The notes under the pieces: generated by a model
Databases searched by the model: none
Told to the model about the DNA's origin: nothing
Seen by the model: only the letters and a program-made list of their open reading frames with translations
Assembly: GCA_025201805.1 (NCBI GenBank)
Contig: MU619367.1
Span: 26,119 to 90,118 of the forward strand
Direction: 5' to 3'
Source: Parasitella parasitica NRRL 2501
Lineage: Eukaryota; Fungi; Mucoromycota
DNA: 64,000 nt
Translations under genes and position numbers: made by a program
Part shown: piece by piece, positions 12,599 to 25,860 of the stretch
Numbering within the stretch: position 1 is the first letter of the stretch
How the letters are laid out: every line of letters starts with the position of its first letter

Positions 12599-14319
12599 AT
12601 GGCAGTATCATCACACAGCGAAGGACCTATTACACCACCTGCCACACCGCTGTGGAATCAATCATCTGCAAAATTCTCATCTAACATACCAGTTCCAATG
12701 AGTCAAGCAACAGCAAACAGCATTAACCATAATTCGTATCCAAGCCCTACAACTTCCTCGTCTAGATCGTCATCCTCTGCATCACTGCGGCCCTCATTTT
12801 CTACACGGTCTACGTCCATTCGAGAAAATGTGCAGGTCATGGTTCGATGCAGGCCTAGATCTGAAAAAGAGCTTGAATATGCCGAAGAGCCTTGCTGGCT
12901 GATTAATCCTGAAGAAGGATTAATCGAGCAAGCAAGATTGAAAGCACCAAACAGCATCCGTGCCTTTTACTATGGTAAGTCTTTTTCATACTATTTGTTT
13001 TGTCTTTGTGTTTTTTAACCTCTGCCCCGCCTTTAGATAATGTAGTTATGGGCACTGATAACGCTCAGGTCTACAAGGCTGGTATTCTTGATCTCGTGAG
13101 GTATGTGTATATTGATTGATCATTTTATTCTTTTTGTTGCTGTAACAAATTGACTAATTTTATATTATTACTGCTAAATTAGATCGGCCATGATGGGCTA
13201 CAATGGTATGCAAGGAATATTATAGCAGCAGTATTCAAATTTTCCCTGATATTAATACACATATAGGCACTGTATTTGCATATGGACAGACAGCGAGTGG
13301 AAAAACTTATGTAAGTTGTGCACCCTAACACTTTTTTTTATTATTTTTTTTTTTTTTTTTGTGCAATTACTATTCATTGTTGTAGTTATATTAAATCATT
13401 AATCATTTTATTATCTTGACCAAAAATAGACAATGGTACTTGACATTTTTCTAATACGAATATGTTTTTAATGATATTAACATTTGATCTGTATTATTAT
13501 TACTTTTAATTCTTGCGATCTTTGAAATGTAATAGATGGGTAAGTGTAGCAATACTTTCAACTGTGAAATCAATTCAACGCTAAACCCGCTTCTCAGGTA
13601 CCGAAAAGGAACCGGGTGTCATACCGCGTGCCGTGGAGGACGTCTTTTCCTACATTGAAGATGTGTGTAATTTTTCACATGTGAAACTATTCATGCAACT
13701 TGATTAATTTGTGTTATATGATAGGATACCAACGGACGAGAATACTTGCTGCGAGTTTCGTACATGGAAATTTACAATGAAAAAATCAAAGACCTTTTGT
13801 GCGTTGAGAATACAAGCCCTGAAATCATCGAGGACAAGGTACGGAGATTTCTCCCATCCCACGATGCATAACTCAGCATTTCTCAATTTACTAGAAAGGC
13901 GTATATGTCCGTAATTTGAAAGAAGTGATCGTCAAGACTTCCAAGGAAGTGATGGACTGCATCAGAGAAGGTGAAGGCAATCGACACATCAGTGCGACTG
14001 ATTACAACGAACGCAGTAGTCGGTCGCACACCATCTTCCAATTGGTAATTGAAAGCCGTTCAAAGGGAATCCCAACGAGCGAAAATAGAGGCGTCCGCTT
14101 ATCTCAATTGGTATGTTGACGACATTAGTTCTAAACTTACATGTTGGAAATTAATTGGGCTCCCCTCGTTTAGAATTTGATCGATTTGGCAGGCTCCGAA
14201 AAGGTTGCCACTGATATCGAACGAAGAAAAGAAGGAGCTTACATCAACAAGAGTTTGCTAACTTTGGGAAACGTCATTTCGAAACTTACAAGCGACGAAC
14301 CGTAAATATTTATACGCCC

Positions 14320-14356
<37 letters not shown>

Positions 14357-16131
14357 CTGAATCACATGAATCCTAAATGTACTGCTCTATAGTGCTTCGC
14401 ATATACCATTCAGAAACTCAAAACTAACCAGAATCCTTCAAGCTGCTTTATCTGGAAATGCCCGCATATCCGTTATCTGTACCATAAACCCTACATTTGC
14501 GTCCAAAGATGAGTCGCTAAACACATTGCGATTTGCTCAACGTGCAAAGCTTGTCAAAACCGCGGCTAAAATGACACGGGTAATTGATCAACTGACTCAA
14601 AGCGCCATCCAAAGGCATGCAAAACTAACAACTTTCGCTGATAGATCCTAGATAACTCCGAGCTCCAAAATTGCTTAATAAAGATTGCAGAGCTGCAGAC
14701 AAAAATGCAAGAAAAAAACGATGTAAGAGGGAGCAGCTAATTTAATTTGACGGCACCAGTTCTTAATTAATGCTGCTTTGTAGCTTGAGGCGGAAACAAG
14801 AGAACGCTTAACCAGTCTGCTAAGTCTGATCCTGACTAGCTCAAAAGATCACGATGACAGCCAAAACAATGAAGGCGATGCAATGGTAATTTTGATATTT
14901 CGCTTGTTTTTCCACAAATCCCATCTAATATGGCCTGTAAAAAAATAAGTATGCTCGGCTATCAAATATCACATCTGATGATTTGAAAAATGATGCAACC
15001 ATGCGCGATGTCGTCGCTCGATGTGAACAAGGGATTGCAGCCCAAGTCATCGCACACGACAAACAGATGGCCAAAATGACGACATCTTTAGAGTCAATGC
15101 AAGACATGCTCAATGTCATGGAAGCCGCTCATGATAAGCAGCAAGATGCCCTTGCCCGACGAGACGTCCAGATCGATAAACTAAAGCAAGAGCTATCAAA
15201 TGCAAAGGCGAGCATGATGATGAGGCCTTCAAAAATACCTATGGGACCACCACCAACAGCAGCAGTGCCATCTTCCCCATCGTCTTCAACCGCCTCGAAA
15301 AAGCCTGTTAGCAGCAATAAAAAAGCAGCTGCCACACCAGCACAGTCAAACGTGAATGATTTGGCACCTGCTATTGCCTTGGCAACACAAAAAATCACTG
15401 ATGCCATCTCCAGTGCGTTGCAAATGGACAGATACAATAGCGAGGATGACGACGAGTATGATATGCTGTCAGCATCGTCAACTGATCCATTGTCCAACAA
15501 TGCGAGTATTTCAGAGGCCATTGGCTCAGTTCTTAAAAAAGTAATTCTTTCGTCCGCAAACAGCATGTCGCAAGAGGATATCGAGTGCGATACAACTACA
15601 ATTACAAACGCCATCCAGAATGCAGTCAAGAACGCTGTCCACAATGAAACCGTTTCGTCCCTATCCGTAGCCCCCAGCAGCGATTTTACGCCCATTCACG
15701 AAGCCGTGTCATTTGTTCATTCTATGTCTAGTGAATTTATGATGGGATCTGCCGTATTCATCGACGAACCTGAAAAAGGCGAACAAGGCGAACAAGACAA
15801 ACAAGGCAAACAAGGCAAACAAGGCGAACAAGGCGTGCCAGCGCTTGTGCAGCATGACCGACAGTCAGCTCGATTTGTCGCAGGTGATTCATCCGACTCG
15901 AGCGATGCCGACGACTCTGCTGACCCACAAGAGATTTCGTTGATGAAAGAGCGTGTCCAGCATGTTTTGGACACTAACGAAACTGGGGAAATGCACCCCA
16001 AAGAGGTAGTATTGGAGACTCAGCACTACGAGCCGTACGCTGCATCCATCGAACAACCCTCTATTTTGCCCATCTTATTCAACAGATGGACGCTTTTTAT
16101 GGCTGTTGTGTACGTTTTATCACAATACTAA
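12599..16131 (+). CDS. Kinesin-7 (CENP-E/Kip2-like) motor with coiled coil and hydrophobic C-terminus
   Basis: [55 protein letters not shown]; many short introns; last exon 14950-16131 in frame. Confidence 0.9.
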
Positions 16132-16301
16132 GCTTATTGACTATACTACTATATCCTCTCTCTCTCTCTCTTCTCCCCCCCCCCCCCACAATTCACTTGT
16201 AAATAACATGACTATAACCTAATCATTGCAGCATAAAATAAATCTCTTCCTCTCCATTGCTACATTAATGAATTTAACATGTAATATAAAGATAGATTTT
16301 A

Positions 16302-17012
16302 TTAACAAAAAGTAACGGTAAAGCTCTCAGCTTCGCATTCATATGTCGAATCTTGGTCGTCGTACGCAAAGCTGTACGCATCAGGACATTGCGATTTGAC
16401 AAACGACGAGCGGGTGCTTGCTTTACAAGTTGACGGGCTATTGTTGCTGCCAGTGCAACAGTCTTCCGAAGACCCTGTCTTTGAGCAAGCACTCTGGCAA
16501 GCTACGACGTTGCCGGTAGCGTCAGTGACAGCAAACTCCTTTGGACAGTCTGAAAGGGCGCATTGCGGTGTCCCGCATGTGTAGCCGTTGGGCGTAGCAC
16601 CGCCGCTGGGAGCAATAGACATTGCCATGTTGTAGCCGTCCACCAGACTGATGTCGTAATAATCTTTACCGCCTGCACCCTTAAAGAAGAATTCTGCAAG
16701 GGTAGCAGGGTCGGTTGCACCAGGAACACCACACTTGCTTGTATCTTTACCGGCAGAACCAGAACAATGATAGCGGGCCCAAACTCGCCCGCCCCACGAA
16801 TCGGATTGACTGAAGCTGTTGCTAGCCGATGGAGTCAAATCAAAACTCTGTTCCGGTAAGCTAGCACTCACGCCATTAGTGAGCACGCCGACTGTAATAA
16901 CGTTGCCACAGTTGTTCTTTACCGTGATTGACTTGTCGGCCTGTGAAAAAGGGACAATAGCAATGATCGCACATGCAACCATCCACGCACTGACAAAATT
17001 AGAGCGTAACAT
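16302..17012 (-). CDS. Secreted thaumatin-like protein (PR-5)
   Basis: Signal peptide, VKNNC, WGGRVWAR, ATLAEF, YDISLVDGYN, CPDAYSFAYDD, TVTFC; intronless. Confidence 0.95.
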   Translation of the reverse strand: MLRSNFVSAWMVACAIIAIVPFSQADKSITVKNNCGNVITVGVLTNGVSASLPEQSFDLTPSASNSFSQSDSWGGRVWARYHCSGSAGKDTSKCGVPGATDPATLAEFFFKGAGGKDYYDISLVDGYNMAMSIAPSGGATPNGYTCGTPQCALSDCPKEFAVTDATGNVVACQSACSKTGSSEDCCTGSNNSPSTCKASTRSSFVKSQCPDAYSFAYDDQDSTYECEAESFTVTFC

Positions 17013-17206
17013 TTAAAGAAGAAAAAAGCAAAGAAGAAACGGATCTCTGTTTCCGTTTGCAAAAAAAAAAAAAAAAAAACGTCTGCTACTTTTTGACTTT
17101 CATGGGTCTTTTTTTTTATCGCCTGTGAAAGCATTGACATGTCAAGTGTAAGAATAACCCTGAATTAGCTTGGTAAAAGTGAAACCCTTCCCCAAAGTGT
17201 TTATTG

Positions 17207-19720
17207 TTAAAAGTAGTCCAGATCGAGCTCGATTGTGCATGGCTCGCTCTTGATGCTTTCGTTCGAGGAGCATTTCGACCCCATGTCATCGTTATGGCTA
17301 CCTGCTGCTGTGGGTGCTGGCTTGTATGAAAATATGCTCCATCCGCCGTCTGCGTTCGGGTCGTCCATCAAGGCCTCGTCAACCATAGCTTGGTATACCA
17401 TTTCGTTGTGTCCAATTTTATGCGCATTCAAAAATTGCAGCATATCCTTTTCCAGCTGGCTTTCATCAAACGATCGTCTCGTTGGTGTTGTTTGATACAA
17501 GCGCAGTAGTAAAACGAGACATGCCCTACTGACGTACACAAGCGCCGGCGATCTTCCGTATTCGGACACGTTGGACTATTCCATGTGTAAATAAAAAGTT
17601 AGTGAGATCCAAAAATGACAGGCGAAAAGAACAGCTTACACTAAACATATGCTTTGCGCTCATAAAGTGGTATAGATACGGCCGAAAGAAACAATCAAAC
17701 TTTTCCTCTGATTCGGATGATGACTTGAACCAGCTCTGAAACAGCTGCAGAATAGCCACTGCAGCCTGAGATGTGTGCAGAATCGCTTCATTTTCGTCAG
17801 GCGTCAATGCCCGTTCACCCTGGTGGTTTGCTGAGGGCAGCAATGCTCTGTACATGGTAATCCAACATTGACAGTAGTCCAGCAAGATGCAGAAATAGTT
17901 GCGTCTCTTCCACACCGATGCATCTGGCGGCAACGCTACTTGGTTTTGATTGCCAAATTGCAAGTGCTTGGGCAAAGAGTGGTAGTGTTGCAACAGCTTT
18001 TCTCTGAAATGGTTGACTAGAGCTCTAGGGCGCATTCTGCGAGATTCCTCAGAAATAGAGCCTGCTAATTTTCGTATTTGGATCAGGCTGATAGCGAACG
18101 TTGCTTGGTCTAGCTCAACAGTGTTGAATTCCGGCAGTAGTGTGGGCAGTTCAATCGAGACTTGATGCAGCTTAATGGTAGATAGCTGGTCGTGGAAGAG
18201 ATGCGAGACCATGCTGTCGTAAAACCACACTGTCCAGAATATTCGCTTTGACTGTTCCCTCTCAAACGGTGATTTGCAAGACAGGTAGCCTTCAGGACGA
18301 TGCAAGTTCAGCATAAAGCACATGCGAATGGCAATACCAATATGCAGAAACGCCCGTCTCACCCTCCCCAAGTCCAAATCATAGGTGATAAGTAATGTAC
18401 GCTGGTGAATGTTAGAGAGGTTCGCTGGCTCGTCGATGCCAAGCAAGTCGTGTGAGTGGTTATAAAACCTGTTTCCCAGCTCCCGAAAGTTCTGTATCTG
18501 CGTGAGGTGGGGATGGTAAATGCAGCAGTGAGGTACAGAGTGTGAGAACACAGAGGACAGGACCAAAGGCTTCAGCTGCCCTTGTCGGTAGTGGTTTTCA
18601 AAGCGGGAGGGGCTCACAAGCGTTGGAAATCCACATTTGTGATGCTGATGGATTATGCGGGTCTTGACGTCCGTCGATAGATACTGCTCATCGCTTGTGC
18701 CGCCGGACGTCTCGGCCGAGCTTTTGCTGCCAAACGACTTGGTGTAGCGATTCAGGCTTTCAAATAAAGTAAAGGTATGCTCTTTCTGGTCCAATTCGTC
18801 TGCGTAATTGGTAATCGAGGGTCTTTTGTTGAATAAAGATGGGGTATTATGCAGCGAATTCAAACATATGTCGACTCGGGAAATGTAGTTCAACTGCTGT
18901 GGAAGTGCATTTGGCTGTTTGTACAACGGGTTTCCTTTGGTGTCGTAGATTGTTTTCACAGTGTTCCGCAGTGTCTCACTGAGATCTTCAAAATTCTTGA
19001 TTGTCGTAAAAATAGACTTTATGCCGTCCGTGTTTTCGATCACTGGCCAGCCGGTTCCAATCGCCCAGTCGTACACACTAGGGCCGTCATAGTCTTTGCT
19101 ATTTTCCAGCACCCGAGGTATGATAGTGTTTGTTGGCTGTGAACTTGGGTGAGGAGGCTGTTGTAGTTGTGCTACATGGTGTTGCACGGGTGGCTGTATC
19201 ATTCTGGGTATAGTCGACCGATAATCTTGCTCAAGGGAAGTGACAAACGAGGTGAGCCAGCCTACTTGATTCTCTAGTTCATCCAGCCTCTGCCGCATTG
19301 ACACATTGTCCAGGCGAAGTGCGTGATTGCTGTACTGGCAGTTGTGTCTGTCTTTACATTGGCCGCATATAGGCTTTCCTCTATCACAGCCGACTCGTCT
19401 TTCACGACATCTAAAAAGCATGGTTTAGTAAAGATTTTAATATAAACAACATGTATCGTACTTGTCACATGCATAGCCTACATGCTGTCTCTTTTTCTTT
19501 TTAGGCTGAGGTTCGTCTTGTTGCTGCTGTGATGGTGGCTGTGATGGTGGCTGTGATGGTTGCGGTGGTTGCGGTAGCTCTTGAGGGATTGCTCTTTGTA
19601 GCTGCTGCTGCTGTTGCTGCTGCTGCTGATTGTTGTGTGTGTTCAAAGTCATAACTGATGAAGAAGAGGATGAAGTATCGAATGGACTGGACGCACGCTG
19701 CTGATGTTGATAGTGATGTG

Positions 19721-19754
<34 letters not shown>

Positions 19755-19820
19755 ATTTGAATATTGAATATAAACAAAAGGACGGACCTGTTTTTGCATC
19801 GAAATATCATCAAAATACAT
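17207..19820 (-). CDS. Zn(II)2Cys6 transcription factor with fungal_trans domain
   Basis: ACDK|CRERRVGCDRGKPICGQC..C across intron 19411-19461; AIRMCFMLNLHR...KRIFW; poly-Q/S N-terminus. Confidence 0.92.
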
Positions 19821-21132
19821 GGACAATTCTATTTACACACTATTTAACACAAAATTAAAAGGAAACAAAGAAAGGAAAAAAGCTTTTTTCTTGTACATGA
19901 AAGAATACATGTTTCTGTGTAACGAGTAATTATGTTACAGCAAAGCTTGTGTGCTTCGAGGTCTGCTGGTCATCCCTTTTGCTCGTGGTTTGCAAGCAGC
20001 AAATGACGCAAGAGTGCTTTATTGGGAGGAATACACCATAATTGCGAATGAACAAACACTGCTCCAACTTGGCATATGCGAAAGATTGACACCTTTACTA
20101 AAGACCAGCATGTATCCCTGTGGTGACACACACCTTTGATTTGGAGTGGTCATTGTTCCTCTCTAGTACCCAAGAGCTATGACCATGTTTTAATATCAGA
20201 CATGTACGCTAATGTATCATACACATCAATATACATAAAAAGGTTGGGCTTCAAAATAGAACAAACAAAAGTGAATAGAAGCAGAGTGGCCTTATTGCCA
20301 AAAGAACAGCAGCTTTCAACATGGTTCAACTCTATCTATCCCCAAAGCATACATATTCATTTCCAATCGAGCACAATTATAACTTTAACTCAAACTCTAT
20401 TAATAACACTAATGTCTCTTTTCTGCACAACAAACATTATAGCTATGAAGAGGCTTTTATCGCTTTGGCTGCAATCGCAAGATATTTCAAGCGGGTCAAG
20501 AGCACCAAAGCTAATGAAGTCAGCATACTCTAAGCTACGCAACTCCTAGCATTATGTGAGAGAATACCTGTAAAATAATAGTACATGCAAAATAATGCCT
20601 GATAATTCCAAACTATTGCTTATAATCTGTTGATTACGCAAGGAGACAATAGTTGTATTCAATCAATACAAAATGCCAAGCGAACTATTCCACCTTCAAA
20701 CGTAATTCGTCATCCATAAAAGAGCAGAACAAGAGCCCATTACTATAGAATCCCAGATTAGCTAATGATAATAAATCCTCATGCAATAAATGTGTTACCT
20801 TATGCTTGAAGTATGTATCAGATGGCATTGACGAAAGAGCAATTATATAATGCATTTATATAACTGATGTGGGTTGTGTGATTCATTCAACAAGTTGTAG
20901 CCAAAATCTTCAGCTTTTGCACATAACTTTTGATACTCAACATCAACCATTATAATGGTAACAAGTATAAAGCATTTGTTATTTTATTTATTACAGAGAT
21001 GTATAGGTATTTATATACAACCCATTGGCTTGGTGCTATATCAACTGAGCTTGTTCACTATCATTTGAAAAGGTAACAATCTTGATGAAACAAATGTAAT
21101 TCCTTTTATGCACTCTATTCTATTGGTATTAG

Positions 21133-21988
21133 CTATGATGGCGTCTTAATAGCAGCAGCCTCCTCATCTACAGCAGGCATTTCACTAGCCCAACTCTCTA
21201 CAGTAATTAAAAACAACACTAGAGAATATATCTTGGTGTGTTTTACTACTGGATCGCTGCTTACGCTTTTTGAGGGTGATTTGGCGCGAAAGCTGAAGGA
21301 AAACGGGATATTAAGGATACCAAGCAATACCATTGTCATTACTGCACTTGTCTCCAACACATATAGATTCTGCTTGCTCTCACTGTCTATATTTTTAACG
21401 AAATAAAAAAAACATGCTTATGGAAGGCCAAAAATCAAATGTTTGACTTACAGTAACTAGCATAGTCGGCTTTCAAGTAAAATCCAGTGGTTCCGACCCT
21501 GAAAAAAAATGCAAACAGTTCCAATATCATAAGAGTTAGTGAGAATTGAGTAGCGATTATGTTTGGTCTATCAGATGTTGAAGTTTTGGAACGACCGCAT
21601 AAGCAAGATAATCCCATGGGAGCTACTACTACTGAAAGGATGATTGCCTCCTGTATACATAAATGTCTGAATAAGTATTCAATTGGAGATGTATTTAGTG
21701 TTGTGTCTATATTTACTTGAGCCATTACGATAGAAGGATAGTTTCCTTGCTTTAAAAATCCATCAATAGCCACTATTTACCAATCGCTTTAGTATTACTT
21801 GTTTGGATGCACTTTACACTGATAATACTCTTACTTGCCGATAATACAAGACTCGTAAAACAGCCAAACAGAACGCCCAAGCTAGTGACAATGACAAAAA
21901 GAGGGTTTTTCCATGGCAAGTATTTAATGCTGATGAATTTGGGCATGATTATTTCAAAGCTATATGAAAAGTAGCTATTAAAACACAA
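21133..21988 (-). pseudogene. Disrupted multi-pass membrane protein remnant
   Basis: Consecutive hydrophobic minus-strand ORFs broken by stops/frameshifts; family not recognised. Confidence 0.3.
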
Positions 21989-22808
21989 TTGATGTTCTGA
22001 AAAGCATGCTTTTTATAACAACCGTGTTAAATGACAAAGAAATCAGATCTGAAACTAGAAAATAAAAATAATGGTCAAAAACCATAGAGATCAGTAAACC
22101 TAACTTTTTACAATGATTGTGTTTTCATCTAAATCTATAAATGGTAGTGCTTGCCTGGTAAGCAGCAGAATTTTCACTATTGACGGAGATTGTAACGATT
22201 AAACAATGATTCAACATATGGCATATTATGGTTGATTGTGAGCGTTAATTATCTTGCCATTGCCTTCGCCTGCTGCCTGCCGGTTTTGCAACCATTTCTG
22301 TCGCCTGAATAAATAAACATACACTCTTCTCGTCAATGCTATGCAAGGAACCACATCGATAAGCTTGAGCTTATTTGAGATGATGTCAAGGAGCACAATT
22401 TAAAATGAAAAACGTTTCCTGGTTTATTGCGCACGAGCAATCAATGAACCCTGGATTAAAAGTAGAGCCGTAAAATTGTAATTAACTCATCGATAATCAA
22501 TTTATTTATTTACTCTTTTTGTGAGTCCAGCAACAACATTATCATAGTCGTCTCTGGCCATTCTCCGTTGTACATGCTCTCAAATGTGTACATTTAAGTA
22601 TCAGTTCTCTCCTGCTCAACCTGTTGCTTATTTTCCTTGATAATGTGATACACCCTTATTAATTAGGATTTGAGTTTCATCCACCTCTAATGTTGATTAA
22701 TATGTTTGTTTGTTTTAGAATGTTTGCTATTACATGAAATGCTCTCACTTTTACATTCATACATAAACACCATATTAAAACCCCTGTTGCATCAAGATGA
22801 AGTATTTA

Positions 22809-23957
22809 TTATGTATCGTTAAATTTTAACGAATTTGACGGAACCAATTTGAGTTGACATGGTTCCGTTGAAGGGGGCAGTGATGATGTGGGAATGTCTG
22901 AAAATAACGATAAAATTCTCTCTTTTTCTGTGTTCCAGTGTGCTGAGCATAATCTGTATTCAACAGGAATCCACGATTCATCTTGCCGTTGTACAATACG
23001 ATAGCGAACTATAAAAGATTGGAAATAAGGGCCTCCGCAAGAGGAGCATGCTTTAGGCCGTGACAAGTAGTAGATGATATGGTTGGGTAACTGCTGAAAA
23101 GTCTTGTAGCGCTGCTTTTGCAACTCCTTTAACTCTCGTTTTTTCTTTTTCTTCGCCATAATGTCGTATAGAATCGGCTGTATGATTTGCCTGGCACAGA
23201 TTTCAACCAGGCTAAATGGGTTATGTGCCGTTCTTTGTTGCAATTCAATAGATTGATCCAATAATCGAGGACAATGATCTGTCTTGATAACCGTCATAAA
23301 CAAGTTGAGCAACTCTGCTGGAATAGAGCTTATCTCTGTGTTGGACAGATCAAGAAAGTTGAGGTTGTGCAATCGAGCGATGTTTGCAGAGACTCGAGTG
23401 ATTGGATTGTAAGATACATCGAAATGAGTTAAGCTGGTCAATGAGTATATACTTGCTGGCAGATGATGGATATTGTTGTGGGATAAGTTCAAAAGCTTCA
23501 GGTTTCTCAATTGATCAATATTTGATGGTATTTTCAATAGTTTGTTGTGAGAAAGATCAAGTATAGTTAATCTGGTTAATAAAGCAACTTGAGTAGGAAG
23601 TGCAAATAGTCCAATATTGCGACTATTGTTTTTTTTGTTTTTTTTTTTTAAAGTTAGTAATACCATCCGTTTGAATGCACAAAATATTTACAGATCAAGC
23701 CTTGAGACAGATGTGACCAAGCCAATGGTTTTATTCAGCACAATGGTGTGTACACTGGTTTGGTGTTTTTCGTTATGCTGTTTCTCATCTGAATTGAGCA
23801 ACATTGGCAAATAAGGCTCCTGGTTCTGCGTCTGATTCGAGTAGTAAGTCTTATCCACGTAGCTTAAATCATGATCCAGAGCAGTAGGCGAAAATAAACA
23901 ATGCATTGGAAAATGGTCCAATGACCGTATTGTTCGAAGAGTAAAATTACTACTCAT
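22809..23957 (-). CDS. Leucine-rich repeat protein (LRRC58-like C-terminus)
   Basis: LxxLxLxxNxL repeats; SLVEICAR..CSSCGGPYF..LCSAH; one intron ~23614-23691. Confidence 0.85.
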
Positions 23958-24053
23958 ATGATGATTTAAAGTATTGTATTAAAAGAGGAATAAGTGATAA
24001 ATTTATATATAAGAAGGTATAAAACAAAAAAAAACAATCAACAAATGTTTGTT

Positions 24054-24629
24054 TTACAAAGCACTCTCGGACCATTTCATATCATCTTTCCATTTGCTTA
24101 TAACATCAATATTGATAGCTCGACCAAACCTAAACGCGTTTTTTAATAGCAATAAACGAGCCTGTGGGTCAATCCCTCTCAAGAATCCAATTTTTCCTTC
24201 TCCTGATTCGTGCTTGAAAGCAACTGTGCCAATAATGTGTCCTTGCTTGGTCATGATCCATACATTGCTTTTTTCGCTCTTGCGAATAGCAGCCAACTCA
24301 TCCGTCATTTGCTGGCAATTTTTATTCAATGCTGCCTCATATTCCTGTCCGATAATTTTGAACCAAAACACGCCTAATCCTGCGCTCCATAATAGTAATT
24401 CGACCATTAGCAATGCTGTATGCTTGACAGAAAATATCGAGTATTGCGAGAGGTGAATGCCTAATATACCAACAAGTCCTGCTTGCAACGTTCTCTTGGC
24501 ACTGGATCTTTGTCGAAGAGTATGTAACACTTGGCTGGTTCTCTTTTTACTTTCCATGTCAAGGTAGAATCGCTTTAATTCATGCTGGTCTTTTGATTCA
24601 TATTCACGAATCTCTGTGTCTTTATCCAT
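24054..24629 (-). CDS. NAT8/Camello-like GNAT-fold membrane protein
   Basis: IREYESKD start, internal hydrophobic segment, VWIM..GHIIGTVA strand. Confidence 0.55.
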   Translation of the reverse strand: MDKDTEIREYESKDQHELKRFYLDMESKKRTSQVLHTLRQRSSAKRTLQAGLVGILGIHLSQYSIFSVKHTALLMVELLLWSAGLGVFWFKIIGQEYEAALNKNCQQMTDELAAIRKSEKSNVWIMTKQGHIIGTVAFKHESGEGKIGFLRGIDPQARLLLLKNAFRFGRAINIDVISKWKDDMKWSESAL

Positions 24630-25860
24630 GATTGCCGATGAAAAAAAGAAGAAGAGAGAAAAAAAAAATTGCAATAAAGAATACAAGAGGCTTTATGAAA
24701 GGATTTGCAGTTGCCTTCAGAGTCACACGCACGAGCTCTCACCACCCTCACACACTCAACATCCAAACCATTGTCTGTGTCGAATTACCGTCACCAGATA
24801 CTGTATTAAAGTGATCGACACTTTTAACCCAGGAACAGCATTTTTGATCATGCGAAAAATGCATGACTCCATATTTTTTTTTTCTCCTCGGTGTCTTGTT
24901 TCCAAATCTAAAAGAAAATACGTATGAAGGCTTCAGATAACAATTTATCGAATATACACTGTTTATTTTACAAACAAACAAACAAACAAACATACAAATA
25001 TTGAGACAGTGTCTGGTTTGAAATTAAAACAGATCACATTGACCATATAATGATATGAAAACGTTGCATTCTGTACATGTCGCATTTGATCTGTGCCCTT
25101 CATTGCCTTGCGTTACTGACCTCTAAAAGGCAAAAGCCTAAACTGCAAACTTTGATATAGTTGATAGCAATGTGATAGCCTTTTATTCATGCGGTCAGTT
25201 ATGCTCATGTACAAAGTGAAAGATTGATAGTCATCTCAACTCGTAAAACTAGATTTGGGTAATATGTGATATTTTTATTTGAAAACTTATAGCTGCAAAA
25301 TGAGTATGGATATATGAACAATCGATGCCGGTATGTAGTACCATTGAATTTGAAGCATATGCTTTATCTCATAATGAAAGCATAAGCAGAAACCATATTG
25401 CTCAAAGCAATCAAGTTGGTTTCTTGTTTAAAATGCCGTTTTATAAAAGTAGGGAAACAACTAGAACTGACTTATTGTGAAGTATAAATTGACAAGCTCT
25501 CCATTAAATTCACTGTCGACATCTTCATCATCATCATCAAATACAGCAGCACCTTGTTAATCGGGGTTTGTACCTGTTCTTTCTCCAATTTTTTCTATTC
25601 TTAGCGATATGCCGTAGATACCAATGTAAAGCTATCATCTTCATCATAGTGATGCCTCCTTGAGGATGGAGATCAATTATCACCATGCTGTTTTGTAGTT
25701 AGCTCCAGGGACACTCAACATTTATGTTCTAGCCCTTGAGTATAGTCTTAGTTTATATGTCTAGGTAAAAGTAATCATGAAGCTTATTTTTTCTTTTATT
25801 ATTCGAGACATTCAAGCCAAATAACATTTCATCAAGAGAGGAAGGAAAAAAAAAGACACT

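Noticed and set aside
15129-15695. Long antisense ORFs (also 16563-16859, 33352-33774, 46496-46828, 59795-60304)
   Set aside because: Shadows of real genes on the opposite strand or of low-complexity codon repeats
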